Under the pieces are notes generated by a model. The model was not told the origin of the DNA, did not search any database, and worked only from the letters and a program-made list of their open reading frames with translations. 64,000 bases of DNA from Lama guanicoe (Eukaryota), in contig MU054338.1 of the NCBI GenBank assembly GCA_013239625.1, positions 6,364,724-6,428,723 of the forward strand, given 5' to 3'. A program made the position numbers and the translations under genes. The first letter of the stretch is position 1; each line of letters starts with the position of its first letter. Shown here piece after piece: positions 1-15,200 of this stretch.

Positions 1-3000
1 GGAACTAGATCAGCCATCTGTGGGACAGGATGCCACCCATCCACCAGGATGCGTGACCTGGCATGAGTCACTCCATACTCTTGGAGCCTCAGTCTCCAGG
101 CTTAACATGGGCCACCTCCCCTTAGAAGGTGACGAGGGCTCTGGGAAAGGCAGCAGGGGCAGGGAGGGAAGGGACTGGCAGGAGGCAGCACCAGGGGCCA
201 GTCAGAACTGCAGGCTGTTTGTTTACTGTCTTCTGAGCAGAGGACAAAGCCTCTCCAGGAACCCTTTGACTTCCAGCCCCCAGGAGGGTGGAGAACGCAG
301 GAACAAAGGAGATCAAAACCCCAGGAGAGGGGAAACATACAGATAGGCCAGCAGAGGACAAGTCAGCCACCCTCACCGGAGCAACCTGAGGGCAGAAGGC
401 AAGGCAAGCACCCTCGATTGGGATGCCTTCCTCATCATCACAGACTCGAAGGGTCACCTAAAGCCTTGGTGTGGCTGGAAGACCTCCAGCCACAGGAAGA
501 GCCCCTGGGCCAGAGCTCCACGCCCAGCCTGCTCTCTCAGGCTCTGACAAGAACCCATAAAGGGAACAGTGGCCGCCTGCCCAGCCCAGCTCCAACCCCA
601 TCTTGGGTAACGTCTCGGCAAACCCAGTAACCCCCAACCACCTGGGCGGCCTTTGTAGTTTTGCTAGAACAGAAATAGAGGTAGTCACTCAGTCTCCAAG
701 GCCTCAACATTCAGCCTGTGCACACTGCATTGGTCCTAGCCCCAGTCCTGCTTCTTTATCCACTCCCCCTCTCAACACCATCCGACAGTAACCATTGGTA
801 ACCCAGAGCCCAGCCTGCATTCAGTGTCCCTAGGCAGGTGCCACTGTGTCCTTATGGTCACCCCAAGGGCCAGGCAGGGTGGTTACACCCTGACTCAGAC
901 CACAGACCAGGGGATCCTCCTGCCTCTCACCCCCAACCCTGCTCAGCAAGTCCTGCTGGGTCCACCTCCACGCAGCCTGAACGGGCCCATTTCTCTCCAC
1001 GTCCAAGGCCTTGGGCCTGGCCCACCAGCACTTGCCTGGACCAGCACAATGGCTGCCTATGGACACCAAGGCAGGGCATGGTCCCCTCTGTTCAGAGCCC
1101 TCCCAGGCTCCTATTTCACTCAGGTTAAAAGCTCAAGTCCTCCCTGCAGCCCACACGGCCCTCCCCACATGATCTTCCCAGTCACCTCTCTGCCCTCTCC
1201 TCCCCCTACTCTCCGCTCGCTCACTTAGTTCCTGCCACACTGGCCTTCTCCATGTTCCCCAAACACACCAGGCATGGTTCTGCCTCAGGGCCTTTGCACT
1301 GGCTGCTCCCTGGACCTGGAACCCTCTCCCTGCAGCATTCACAAGGCCAGCTGGCAACTCCTGGTCAAATGGTCTCCTCCCCATCCCCAACCCTGCTGTG
1401 GAGCCGCTCCCTCTCCATCATACACCATCCTGCTCAGCTCTCTACTCATCACTGCCATCTTCTAGTGGTCTGCCCCTTCCCACCCAGCTAGCCATTAGAG
1501 TGGCAGCCTCACTGGGACTGGCAGGTTCTCAGGTCTCTCCCCAGATCCCAACACAGAGCCAGTCATGAAGCAGGTGATCAATACTTGCGGGATGAAGGAC
1601 CGAAACTGCCATTGTACAGATGAGGCAACTGAGGACAATGGGACAGGTCATGGGCGCCTCACTGCCTTTCACAATCCCACACCGGGGTGACACCCTTCAC
1701 AAAATCCCCAGCAGGCGCTTCCCTGCTCAGGAATCCTGCAGGTTACAGAGCCAGCCCCGCCCTGGGCACTCAGCCAGAGTGTCACCTGCTCCACGGTCTC
1801 ATATGGCAACCAGGCCAGGAGCAAAAGCAGGAAGTGGCCCTGGGGACCTGGCAGCCCTGACTCTGGGCCTCTCAGACCCAGGCTGGAATCCAGGGGCTGC
1901 CATTTCCTTTCTGGACACTCTGTGCAGGTCAGGTCACATCTTTTTGTCTCAGTTTCCTCATCTGTTAAATGAGGACAATGTCACCTGCCTTATAAGGTAG
2001 TTTGAAGGGTTTAGAAAAGTTCTTACCATAGTGCCCAAAAGAGACCATCTGCCCCAGACAATCAAAGGAAAACTAGACACAATATGAATCAGATCACATC
2101 CCTCCTCTGATCCAAAGTGCTCCCCGTGACCTCCGAGACCCTGAGTAATCACCCTATTACCTCCCTGCCCTCACCCCCACCTCTATCTTGCTCACGACCT
2201 TCGGCCACACTGGTGGTTAAGGTACAGCTAGCAGGCCAAACCTACTCCTGCCCCAGGGCCTTTGCACATGCTCGATCCTTTTCTGCCTGGAATGACCATC
2301 TCCTCTGAGCCTTTCCACAATCCCGGCTTCCTTTGGTCACTCAAGTCTCAACTCACCTCCTCTCAGAGGCCTGACTGTCCTCTACTGACCCTCCCTGCCC
2401 CATGTCACCCAGGCTTCACTCTCCTGAGTGAGTTTGCAAGGACGGCCACTCCCTGAGGCAGTGCTTTTCAGAGTGAAACTGGTTAACCCCTAGAGGTCCA
2501 TCAGCAGGGAATTGGCTAATCAACCTTGGAACTGGCCCAGGGAGCAATCCAGGCTAAAGCGCTGATAGCAAAGTGTGACATGCAGAACACTGCGTGTCCT
2601 CCAATTTTTCTTCCCTGCCTTTGTGGGGACAGTAAGTGTGGAGGTGACACCCTGAGGCCTTCACAGAGGTTGTCTATGGAGTGAGTCTGGGAAACTTTCT
2701 GTTCTATAATCTCCAATGCAATATGGATTTTGGTCTTTTAAATTTTTTCCAATAACTTTTATAACATGCAAGTATTAATTTGTAACTTTTCGGTTGTACC
2801 AAGGCCCCAAAGCAACTGGTCAGCCAGACTGCATTTCCAAAGGTGATAGGGAAACCACCAGTATTTTGGGAGCCGCGCTCTCAACCCCACCCTCCTCGGG
2901 GGCTCCACAGAAACCACCCATGGCTCTGCTATGTGACCTTGGCAGCAAGGTCACTGACATCCTGGGCCCAGTGTCCTTATCTGTGAAACCAGATGTGGTG

Positions 3001-5145
3001 GAAGCAGGTGGAGACAGTGCAGGTGCCAGGGAGGTAGTGAGCGCTCACCGCGTCTCTATAGGCAGTGAATGGTGGTCAGCCCCACGTGTATTTCTAGCTT
3101 TTCGTATGTGATCGCCCAGAGGGGCCCAACTGAACCTGGGCGCAGGATGCTCGTAAATACATAGAAAGGAAAGCCAGGCAGGGCACCGCCCCATTCTCAG
3201 CATTCCAGAACCATCCTCCTTGCAGGATTCCTTCCAAGCAAGAGTGTAGGCATTGGCCTCCGGGAACAAGTGCATCTCTCCCCTCCTTCCCAGAGCCTCT
3301 CTCAGCACGATGGGGTGTCAGGCTATGAGGAACTGTCAAAGCAGACAGGGGCACAGGGGCACACAAGACAGGACGGCCTTCCTGCCTTTCCCGGGGTCAT
3401 CTCTTTCCCATCCCCGAAGCCCATCCCTTAGCAAATCCTGTCGCTAACTTCATCATACCCAGATACATCCCCTTCTACCCTACTCAGTCCCAACACGCTT
3501 AGTCTAAGTCCCCTGGGTCACAGCCACACTCCCCACCCCCATCTCCCTGCCCCTGCCCCATGTGTTCTCAGCCCAGCAGCCAGGGAGAGCTTTCCAAACC
3601 AGAAGTCAGATCCCGCTGCACAAGTGCTTAAGGCCCACCTGTAGCTTCCAGCATACTTGGATCAAGGTCAGCGTCCTCCTGGAAGCCCACAAGGCCCTGC
3701 CTGCAACAGCAGCCTGTCACACTCTGCCATTCCCTGCTGGCTCCCTCCACAAGCCCCTGCTGGCTGATGCCTCCACCTGGGCTCCTCTGCCACCAGACAC
3801 CCCTGCAGTGTCCTCTACTCTGCCTTTGGACACTGGATGGATGGCCACCTGTGAGAGGTGAACACCACCTCAGGCTGGGCTCTGCGCTCTCTCCATGCTT
3901 CCTTCCTGCTTACTGGTCCCTTCCTAGGCCATAAGCTCTACGGAGACAGGAATTCCTGTCTGCTTTGTTCACTGCCGATGTCTGGCACACAGCAGGTGCT
4001 CAACAAATGCTTGCTGAGGAGTGAACAGCAATAGCGGCTGGCATTCCCGGGGTACACATGACACACAAGCGCTGCACTGAGCTCTGTGCATGCAAGTCCC
4101 ACATCACTCACGGCACGCTTACCAACCCCATTTGTCAGCTGGGGAAACCGAGGTGAGAGAGATTAGGTTACCCGAACCTAAGTCACACCCCTTCCCCAAC
4201 CAGCAAGGCACCAATCCATCAACTGGCCTCGTTCCTGTCCCTACTACCGGGCACCATCCCAGTTTACCACACCATATATCCAGGAATGAAGACAGAAAGG
4301 AGCCCGTGAATGCTGAAGGCAGGATGGCTGGTTGTGGCCGCCTGGAGGGACAACTGGTAAGCTGACCATGATGGCAGAGAACACAGAGTCTGCAGCCGGA
4401 CAGCTCAGCCACAGCCTTGCTGTGTGACCTGGATAAGGGTTGTCACTTCCTCTGACCACAGTTTCTCCTGGGGTCATAACAGTGCCTACCCCATCAGGTC
4501 ACTGGCAGGACGAGAAAAACAAGTCACATGAAGCCCAGTGCCCGGCACATACAGTGCACGAGGGCGATGAGCCTGGTGGGAGCTGTCTCCCCCGGCTCCA
4601 CAGACCCTTCTCCTTGGCAAGATGATTCTAAATCCACTCCCTCTCCAACACAGCTACCCCTTCCAGGGGTCAGCCCTGGGACTAGCAGGCACATAAGCCA
4701 GTGAACCCCCAAGGCTCTGTCAAGAGGAGAAAAACAGAAACAACCTAAAAGCTCACGCAAGAGAGTGACTGGATTTAGTGGGACCAAGGAATACTACATA
4801 GCCATAAAGAAAACACAGGGCTAGGGAAATACAGCCAAACCAACAATACTAGCTGGAGATGCCAAAACCCTACCTTCAATAATGAATAGAACACTGGACA
4901 AAAGATCAACAAGGAAGCAGAAATCGGGAACAATACCATAAACCAACAAGACCTAACAGACAGGTACAGAGCACTCCACCCAGCAAGAGCAGAATACACA
5001 GTCTTATCAAGGGCACACGGAACACTTCCCGGGATAGGCCATATTTGAGGTCATAAAACAAGACCAAATAATTGTGGAAGGGTGGAATTAAATCATACAA
5101 AGTATGTTCTCTGACCACAATGGAAAGGAGTGAGAAATCAGTAAC

Positions 5146-5871
5146 CGCAGGTGTGGAGATAAAGGGAACCCTTCTACATTGCTGGTGGGAATATAAATTG
5201 GTGCAGCCACTATGGAGGACAGTATGGAGGTTCCTTAAAAAAACTAAAAACAGAGTTGCCATATATCCCACTCCTGGGCAATTAACTGGAAAAGATGAAA
5301 ACGCTAATTTGAAAAGATACATGCATCCCATTGTTCATAGCAGCACTATTCACAATAGCCAAGACATGGAAGCAACCTAAATGTTCATCAACAGATGATT
5401 GGATAAAGAAAATATGGTGCATATATATACAATGGAATACTACTCAACCATAGAAAAGAATGAAATAATGCCACAACATGGATGGACCTAGAGATTATCA
5501 TACTAAATGAAGTAAATTAGAAAAAGACAAATACCATGTATCACTTATATGCAGAATCTAAAATAAAGAATACAAACGAACTTATTTACAAAACAGAAAC
5601 AGACTCACAGACAGAAAACAAACTAAAGGAGAGAGAGAGGCAGGGATAAATTAGGTTTGGGATTAGCAGACACAAACTGCTATATATAAAATAGATAAAC
5701 AAGGTCCTACTCATATAGCACAGGGAACTATACTCAGTATCTTTTAATAAACTATAATAAAGAGAATATATCTATCTGTTTAACAATCACTTTGCTGTAC
5801 ATCTGAAATTAACAGAACATTGTAAATCAACTATACTTCAGTAAGAAAAAAAAGAAAGGAGGGAAGGAAGG
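5146..5871 (+). mobile_element. Younger 5'-truncated L1 nested in older L1
   Basis: L1 3' end (..TGTAAATCAACTATACTTCA + A tail) flanked by direct repeat AATCAGTAAC at 5136-5145 and 5872-5881. Confidence 0.85.
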
Positions 5872-8082
5872 AATCAGTAACAGAAGGAAAGTTTGGGAAA
5901 TTCACAAGTATTTGGAAATTAAACAACACATTCCTAAATAATCAATGAGTCAAAGAAGAAATCACCAGGGGAATCAGAAAATACTTTGAGATGAATGAAA
6001 TGAAAGCGTAATATACCAAGTGGTATAGGATACAGCGGAAGCAGTACACAGAGGGAAATTTATAGATGTCAGCACCTATCTTAAAGAAGATTGAGGTTTT
6101 TATATATCAAGTATACCTCAATAAAGCTTTATAAAACTTTTAAAATTTAAAATAATTTTAAATTTTTCCTAAAAGAAGAAGGATTTCACATCAAAAATTA
6201 ATCTTCCACTTAAGAATCTGAAAAAAGAAAAGCAAACCAAACCCAAAGTGAACAGAAAGAAAATAAAGAAGACTAGAGAGGAAACAAAAGAAATAGAGAC
6301 AATAGAAAAATAGAGAGTCAGTAAGACCAAAGTTGGTTCTTCGAAAAGATTCACAAAACTGACAAACTTAGCTACATTAACTAAGGAAAAAAGAGAGACG
6401 ATTCAAACTACTAAAATCAGGAACAAGAAGAGGGGATGTTACTGTCAACCTTTCATAAATAAAAAGGATTATAAGGAAATACTATGTCAACAAATTAAAT
6501 AACCTAGATGAAACGGGCAAATTTCTAGAGACACAAACTACTGAACTGACTCAAAAAAAAATAGAAATATGAATCGACCTATGACAAGAGGTTGAATTTC
6601 TGCTCAAAAACTTTCCCACAAAGAAAAGCCTGGCGCAAATGGCTTCACTGGTGAGTTCTAACAAACAGGTAAAGAATTAATACTGATCTTTCAGAACCTT
6701 GTCCCCCAAATAGGAACATTTTCTAACTCATTCTGAGGCCAGCATTACCCTGATACCAAAGCCAGACAACAACATCACAAGAAGACAACAAACTGGTACC
6801 TCTTATGAACAGAGACGCACACACACAAAATCCACAACAAAATCGTAGTAAACAGAATCCAGTAACATAAAAAAGGATTATGTGTTATAGTCAAATGAGA
6901 TTTATTCCAAGAATGGTGGTTCAAAAATGGGAAAATCAGTCAAAACGATGCACCACATTAACAGAGTAAATGACAAAACTGTATGATTGTCTCAATAGAT
7001 GTAGAAAAGGCACCTGACAAAATCCAATACGCTTTCATGATAAAAACACTCAACAAACTAGGAATAGAAGAAAACCTTCTCACCTTGATAAAGGGCATCT
7101 AGACAAAACCCACAGCTAACCTCACACCTACTGGTGAAACGCTGAAAGGTCTCCCTCTAAGATCAGGAGCAAGACAAGGATGTCCACCCTCACCTCTGTT
7201 CGACATGGTACTAGGGGCCTCGCCAGAGAAGGCAGGCAGAAAAAGAAGCAAAGCCATCCCATGCAAGAGGGAAAACCATTCACAGATGACGTGATCGTGT
7301 CTACAGAAAATGCTAGGGAATCTCAAAATTAAAAAATAAAAAAATTAGAGATAACAAATGAGTTCAGCAAGGTTGCAGGATACAAGATCCATAAATAAAA
7401 ATCAGTTATAGTAGTACACACCAGCAGTGAACAATCTAAAAATGAAATTAAGGGGGAAATTCCACTTATAGTATCATCAAAAGGAATAAAACCCTTAGGA
7501 ACAAATTTAACAAAAGGAGCACAAAACTCTTATACTGAAAACTAAAAGACATTGTTGAAAGAAATTAAAACCCTAAATAAATGAACACATCTTATGTTCA
7601 CAGATTGGAAGACTTAATACTGTTAAGATGACAATATTCCCCAAATTGATCTAGAGACTCAATGCAATCCTCCTCAAAACCCCAACAGCTTTTTCTGCAG
7701 TAATGAATAAGCTGGTCCTAAAATTCAGATGGAAATGCAGGGGACTCGGAACAGCCAAAACAAGCTTGAAAAAGAACAAAGCTGGAAAACTCACACTTCC
7801 CAATTTCGAAACTTATTACAGGCACAGAAATGAAGACTGTGCGGTACTGGCATTAGGGTAGACGTAAAACATCAACGGGAGAGATTTGAGAGTCCAGAAA
7901 CATACTCTTGCATTTATAGCCAAGTGATTTCTAACCCAAGATGCCAAAACTATTCAATGAGTAAAGAATGTTCTTTTCAACAAATGGTGCTGGGACAAAC
8001 TGGAAAGCTACAAGCAAAAGCATGAAGTTGGACCTCTACCTCACACCATATATAAAAGTTAACTCAAAATGTACCAGGGATG

Positions 8083-8410
8083 AGGGGTGAGTATAGCTCA
8101 GTGGTAGAGCACATGCTTAGTATGGACGAGGTCCTGGGTTCAATCCACAGTACTTCCATTAACAAACAAACAAGGGATAAATTTGGGAGTTTGAGATTTA
8201 CAAATGTTAGCCACTACATATAAAAATAGATTTTTAAAAAGTTTCTTTTGTATAGCACAGGGAACTATGTTCAATATCTTGTAATAACCTTCAATGAAAA
8301 AAATATGGAAACAAATGTATGTATGTATGTATATGTATGATTGGGACACAGTGCTGTATGCCAGAAATTGATACATTGTAATTGACTATACTTCAATTAA
8401 AAAAAAAAGT
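8083..8410 (+). mobile_element. tRNA-Ala-derived SINE immediately followed by an L1 3' end
   Basis: GTATAGCTCAGTGGTAGAGC..GGTTCAATCC then GGGATAAATTTGGGAGTTTGAGATT..GACTATACTTCAATTAAAAAA. Confidence 0.85.
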
Positions 8411-10499
8411 GGAAAAAATTGATCAGGGACCTAAATGTAAGAGCTAAAACTGTAAAATATTTAAAAGAAAATATAAGAGTAAATCTTTACGACCTTCCTG
8501 GTTTCTTGGGTAGAACACCAAAAGTATAAGTGGCAGAAGGAAAAAAAGATAGGCTTCGTTTTGATACCAGATGTAAAGAACTTGTACAAACCAACAATAA
8601 AAAGACAAATAACCCAATTTAAAAATGCACTAAGGATCTGAACAGACATTTCAAAAGAAGACATCTCCAAAAAAGATATACAGATGGCCAATAAACACAC
8701 AAAAAAGTCATCATTAGTCATTAGGGAAATTAGGGGAAAAAAATCAGAATGAGCAAAACACCACATCAACACCCAATAGGAAGCTGAATTCAACAAGACA
8801 GATAACAAGGAGTGTTAAGAAGGATGTGGAGAAACCAAACCCCACTACAGTGCTGGTGAGATTAAAATGCAGCCGCCGTGGAAAACTGGGGGTTTCTCAA
8901 TGTTAAACATAAGGACTACCGAATGACTCAGCAAGTTCCCTCCCAGGTAGAGACCCAGAATAAATGAAAAATTTGTACAGCAGCACTATTCCTGACAGCC
9001 ACAAAGTGGAAACGACCACATGTCCCTCAACTGAGGAATGGATAAACAAAAGGTGGCATGGCTATACAATGGAATATTATTTGGCCATCAAAAGGAAGAA
9101 AGTTCTGATAGATATGGATGAACCGTGAACACATTATGCAAAGTGAAAGAAGCCAGACACAAAAAGCCACAGAGTGTATGATTTCATTCATACGAAATGT
9201 CCAGAACAGGCAAATTCATAGACAGAAAGCAGATAAGCCGTTGCCAGGAGCTGGGGGTAGGGAGGGACTGCTGAATGAATACAGAGTTTCTTTCTGGGGA
9301 ATGAAAATGTTCTGCAGTTAGATGGTGGTGATCTTGAACAACTCTGAAGATACTAGAATCAGCTGGACAGTACACTCTAAAAGGATGAATTTTATGGCCT
9401 GTGAATTGTATTTCAATAAAGATGTTATTTTAGAACAAAAGTACAAGAGCAATCCATGTACCAACAAGGCCCATCATCCATCTTTAGGATAAAAACCCCT
9501 GTAGACCCACAGAAACCCTCGCAGGAAGGCTCCGGCCTCTGACCACTGCCCGTCCTCATCCTGTCCTCCTGCAGCCTCATCCCCTGGGACCCTGACCTTA
9601 GCGGGAGTCTCCATTTCCATGGTGAGTCTGACTAGCTTGTGCCTCCCTGATCTGGCCTAACTCCAAGAGATGACCGGGTCTGTTGGGTCCCAGCTGAGTG
9701 GTGGCCCTGGTCACAGTCTGGCACAGAACAGGCTCAGCTACCTGTGCTGAGAGCTTCCGGCTCAGTAATTGAGACGCAGAGGAGTGAGTTTACACACAGA
9801 GAGAGATGAGTTTCTAGAGCATCTAATACACACCAGGCACTGTGCAAGGGACAGGCGCACACCCAGGAGCAAGGCCCCACCATCAGGGCACTCACCTACC
9901 CCCGGGTGGAGGTGGACAATAAACCAAACAGACAGGTGGGACAAGGGCATGGGGTGGCAAGTGCTTCGAAGAAAAATCAAGCAGGGACAGAGGATGGAGT
10001 AGTAAGTGTGGGGACATTGTAGCTGAGTGGCCAGGGAGGGCCTCTTGAGGAGACATCTGAGCAGAGGCTGACAGAGCTGATGAATGAGCCACAGGGCTAT
10101 CAGAGGTAAGCAGCTTTCCAGGCGGGGGTGGGGGGACACATGCAGAGGCCCGGGGGTGGGGCTGTGTTTAACTTGTCTGGGCAACAGTGAGGAGCCCAGT
10201 GTGGGTCAAAGAGCAAGTGAGAGAGGATTAGGGGGAGAGGTGATGGAGCTGGGGGAGAGGGGTAAGAAGATCATGCAGGGCCTTCTGGGTGACAGTGAGG
10301 ACTTTAGTTTTTATACTGAGGGAGCTAGGAGCTATGGAGGATTGTGAGCAGAGGAGGAGCATGTTCTTAAGAGGCTCCATCTGACCACTGTAGGGAGAAC
10401 AGCCTGCGGTGTGGGAGCAGTGAGGTCAGAAGATGCAAGACGGAGCAGGAGGCGACTGCACTGGTCCAGGTGAGCGCTGATGTTAGAGGGAGTATAATA

Positions 10500-12290
10500 C
10501 GGTTATAAAAACTAATAGCAAAGCTCTCCCTATACCAACACACAAATTTTTGTGGAAATCAACAAGCTGACTCTAAAATTTACATGTAAAGGCAAAGAAA
10601 CTAGACTGACCAAAACAATTTCCAAAAAGAACAAAGAAGATGCGCTGGCCTGATTTCAAGACTGACTATAAAGCTACGGTAATAAAGAAATGTGGTTCTG
10701 GCCAAAGGACAGACACATTGATCAATGTGCGAGAACAGAGTCCAGAACGGACCCACACAAACACCGTCAACTGATTTCTGACACAGGCAACTCAATGGAA
10801 AAGGATGGTCTTTTCAATACATGGTACGGGGACAACTGGACACTCATATGCAAAAAAAACTCATAAACCTCAATCTATATCTCACAAGTCTTACAAAAAT
10901 TAACTCAGAATGTATCACATTTATAAGGCACACAGAAACTTGCATGTGAATGTTGATATCAGCATTATTCATAATCGCCAAGGACTAGGACAACCCAGCA
11001 TCCTTCAGAGGAGGGAACAGTTCAACAGATGGTGGACCAGATACACCATGAAGCAATCCTCAGCAACAAAAAGGACTGAACTACTGAGGCACCTGGACTG
11101 GATGGCTCTCAAAGTGTTATGCAGAGTGAAACAAGCCAGACTCAAAAGACTACTTGAGTCCACTGACATATCCCGGGAAAGGCAAAACCATAGCATGGAG
11201 AATCCATCAGTAGGTGCTGGGGGAGGCGGGGGCAGCAGTGACTGCAAAAGGGCACGGGGATTTTGGAGGGTGATGGCAGTGTGCTCTATGCCGATTGTGG
11301 TGACAGTTACACAACTCTTTGTATGTTTACTATATGTAGATTACATCTCGAGGGTGGGGGAAAAAAACCCATGAATGAGCATGCTCTCTGTGCTGATACA
11401 CTAAGATCTTCAAGAAGTACTGTTAAGTGACAACCTCATTGTTCGGAACAGGGTGTAAAGCTGGACAGGAGAGGGGAGAATCCACACACATTCGTATCTG
11501 CCTCTGTTTGCACTGAGAAACCACGAGGACACAGGAGACTAGCGAGAACGGTCAGCCACGGCTGTAGGAGCAGGTGGGCAGGAAGCAGGCTTCTCTTTCC
11601 ATCCTCTCTGATACTTTTGAACTCGCTGCCATGTTGGACATATTACCTATTCAAACAATTATATTAGAAAGGACCCTCGATGTTTCCAAATGATAGCGTA
11701 GAAAAGGAGAAAAAGAGTAACTCTGCGGCGAGGAAAGCTGACAGATGCCACCTCAATCAAGAGACCATGGTCAACATGACCCACGATAAGCCGGGTGGGT
11801 ATCATGGACCCCTGACAGGGTGTGACGAGAAGGCACCTCATCTTCATGGTCTCCTTCTCCAAAACCTGTTGCCCCAGTCTAATCACGAGAAAATGCCAGA
11901 TAAACCCAAACCAAAGGACACTATAAAACAGCAAGATTATGAAAGGCAGGCTGTGGCGCTGTCATGATGGGTGGAAACTAAGGAGACGTGACAGTTCAAC
12001 GCATTGTGCGGTCCTGGAAGGGGTCCTGGGGTAGAAAAAGGACATAATGGGGAAAACTGGGGAGATCTGAATAAAGCCTCGCTTTCGTTAATAACAATAT
12101 TACACCAAGGTGAATTTCTTAGTTGGGAGAAATGTACCAAGGCAAGGTAAGATGTTAACATTAGGGAGAGAAGAGTGTACGGGAGCTCTCTGTACTATCC
12201 TTGTAACTTTTCCGTAAATTTAAAGCTTGTTTATTTTCTGTGAATCTAAAATGTTTCCAAAATTAAAACTTTCTTAAAAACAAAACAAAG
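10500..12290 (+). mobile_element. Ancient L1 (L1M-type) fragments
   Basis: Degenerate ORF2 3' part (GATTTCAAGACTGACTATAAAGCTAC) and L1MC-like 3' UTR pieces. Confidence 0.75.
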
Positions 12291-15200
12291 GCAAAAACCC
12301 CTCGAGACAATAAATAGTTAAGAACCTGGCATGAGGTGGACACCTTCTAGTAAGGCTTTGGACTTTCAAAGACAGACTTAATCATGGCAGTTGGGGAAGA
12401 GGTGTGGGTACAGGGGACGTTCACACATAGAAATACAGAAAAACAATATGCCAAGAGTCACAAGCTCATGAAGGTGGTCCCAAGCAAAGGGCACTAGGCA
12501 CCTCCACCTTACTCTTCCTAAAGGAGAGAATTTTATTTTACAACGAGTCAATGGTCCAGTAACACTCAGTTAAAAATCACGCCAGCACAACACTTCGCAC
12601 TTAGTGTGGGGAATGTATTCCAGGTGGGGCCTCCCCACCTCAGAAAGTGGCCTGCTCTGAGCTCCCTGGTGACCTGTGCCAGGCGGTGCCACTGGGAGAT
12701 GTCACCAGGGCAGAAGCCGCAGGAGGCGGGCCTCCGTCTGAACGGCTTCCGCCCCGATGAGGGGAACTGAGTGTTGCAAGACAAGAAGACATGCCAGCCC
12801 CAACCACAGGCAGCCTCCCTGGAGCTGAGTCGGTGGCTCACCACCTCCGGTCACAGGCCCCCAATCATGATTTATAGATTTCTGGGATGCCATCGCCCTG
12901 CTAGTAAGAAAAGAAAAACTTCTAAGGGCATCATCCTCAAAGCCACTGGTTCCCTGGCTGCAGGGCAGCTGGGGCCCTCGTAGGTAAGGAGGCTGTGATC
13001 CTCCAGAAGGATCACAGCCATCAGCACAGAAGACACAGGGCCCATGGCTGGGACAGAAGGGACTGTGTCCCTGACCCACCACAAGGCTTCCTCCAGGGTT
13101 GGCCTGGCCGTGCCAGGGCGTATCACTCAGCAGGCAGGCGTAACCCCAGCTGGGACTGTTCCTGCCTGCTCTGCTCGCTCGCCTGCCTGCCAGTCCCTGT
13201 AGACTCTTATCGCTGGGAAGATGTGTCATGGGGCAGAGTCTCCAGGGCTCTTTCTCCTCCATGAGGAGGAGAATTTATTGGGGCCTGGATGGCTCTGCTG
13301 GCAACGTGCCTACACCTCACGGGTCTGTGGTTCAAGCAGGTTCAAGGTTAGCCACAGAGTCTCCTGTGATAAACAGAGCAGCGGTTCTCTGTGCTGTAGC
13401 ACATGCCCGGAACCCCGCCCCGGGGAGGTTTAGGTTGGTCTGCGGAGGGGTCTGGAACTGGGCACTAGTATTTCATGACATCTCCCCCAACAGATACTAA
13501 TGGGCTGCCAAGACTGCGAAGCCACGAGCCCAGCAGCTTCCTTTCCTTGGTTCTGAGCACGTGGGCATCCATGGGCCGGGGGAGGCGGGCTGCCTTCAAA
13601 CCTCGAGCCCCTGTTGCAGGAGTGCTCAAGTGCCTGGACAGAGCAGAGCCACTCCTGCCAGGGCCGCCTGGCACCCAGGCAAGAAGCAAGAGTCAGAGAG
13701 GGCACCTCCTTGGAAGCCGTGTGGACCCTCGGTCACCAGAGCCCGGGGAAGGGACCCTGCTCAGCCCCATCTCATAGCCAGGAGGCCAGTCCAGAGAGAC
13801 ACCCATGCCTGGCCAGCCTCGGGGTCTTGGCCCGTTACTGGTATTACTCCATGCTGGGAGCAAACCACAGCCCTCCCTTATTATAAGAAGACACACTTGC
13901 CCCTGTCCTCCCTGGAGCACCCCAAGCCCCTCTTCTGTTCACGGGGTGGGCTGCAAGCCTCCTAAGACAAGTCCCGGGGCTGTCCCCTGGCCTCCTTCTC
14001 AGGGCACATCTGTGCAGTGAAATTAATCCAATTCTCGTTTCTAGGTACAATCATGCAGCAAATACATGGTGCCCCTACTACGTGCCAGGATGGCGAGGAA
14101 CACTCTAAGATCCCTGCCCTTGAGGATCCATCGTTTGGGGAGTGGGGAGGAAGCAACACAAAATAGTTTCATGTCCTAATGAGAGCTCTGATGAAAACAC
14201 ATCTCCATCCGAGCGCTGGGACCCTGTGTGAACCAGGGTAGGTCAGGGTGAGCCTCTCAGAGGGATGAGGGTGGAGCAGGGACCCGAGAAGAGAGGGGCA
14301 GGTTGTGCAGAGCTCTGGACAAAGAGGAGATGCAGAGGAAGGAAGAGAAAGGCTCTGGGTAGGAATGAGTTCAGGGGGTTCAGGGGGATGAGGATGGGGG
14401 AGGGGGGAGCAGGTGAGGGCGGGGAGCTGTTGAGGGCCACAAAAGACTGACTGGAACTTCCACCGCAAGTGAGGTGAGAGCCACACAGTGTGGTGGGCAG
14501 AAGAGGGACATGCCCTGACTCGGGTGTTCACGGGTACTCTGTGAACGCCATAGGGGTGAGAGCAGGTGCCAGGGAACCAGGGCAGAGGCAACTGCACTGG
14601 CCCAGACTATGGAAGAGATCAGGAGAGGGTGAAGTGTGGTGAGGACATGCTGATGTGGGGGCATCGGGAGGGACTGACCAATCCCAAATCCACCCCTACA
14701 ACCCAGGTGAAGCAGCTGCTGGGCAGCAGCCTGGCTACCACACACAGGGAGGTGAAGCCCACATACCCAGTGCTGGCCACCAATCTCCCCATGTCCTCTT
14801 CACTCACATTCTGCACTGGTGTCCCATGTCTGTAGGCAAATCCTGAGGCTGGATGACTGGAAACAGCTCAGCATACATCACCAAGAGGCTGGTGAATGAA
14901 CAAAGGTGCCTTTGTACTGTGGAGTACTATGCAGTTGTGAAAAAGACAAGAGAGACTCCTATGGATGACAGGGCATGAGCCTTGAGCCGGGGCCCACAGC
15001 CAGGCAGGATGAGCACAAGGGAACAAGTTCAGTGGTCACCTGTCTGCTTCCAGGCAGCTCCTGCCTGTCCTCACTGAGGCAGGAAGATGTACTGCTTCCT
15101 CCAAGAAGCATTCCCTGTCCACCATTCCTGCCCCAAGGCTCCCTATCAGGGCCTCCATCTTCCACATGTCTCCACTCACTTCTCACTGGAAGGTGCCCCC

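Larger units (their letters stand above)
4780..9430 (+). mobile_element. Old LINE-1 (ORF2 remnant plus 3' UTR) with nested younger L1/SINE insertions, antisense in DNM2 intron 1
   Basis: A-rich degenerate ORF2 sequence (e.g. GAGGCCAGCATTACCCTGATACCAAAGCCAGAC, CAAGGTTGCAGGATACAAGATC), 3' end TCAATAAAGATGTT ~9420. Confidence 0.9.

Noticed and set aside
4906..9375. Several ORFs of 60-140 aa in the A-rich region
   Set aside because: Fragments of degenerate L1 ORF2/3' UTR with many stops; no intact retrotransposon
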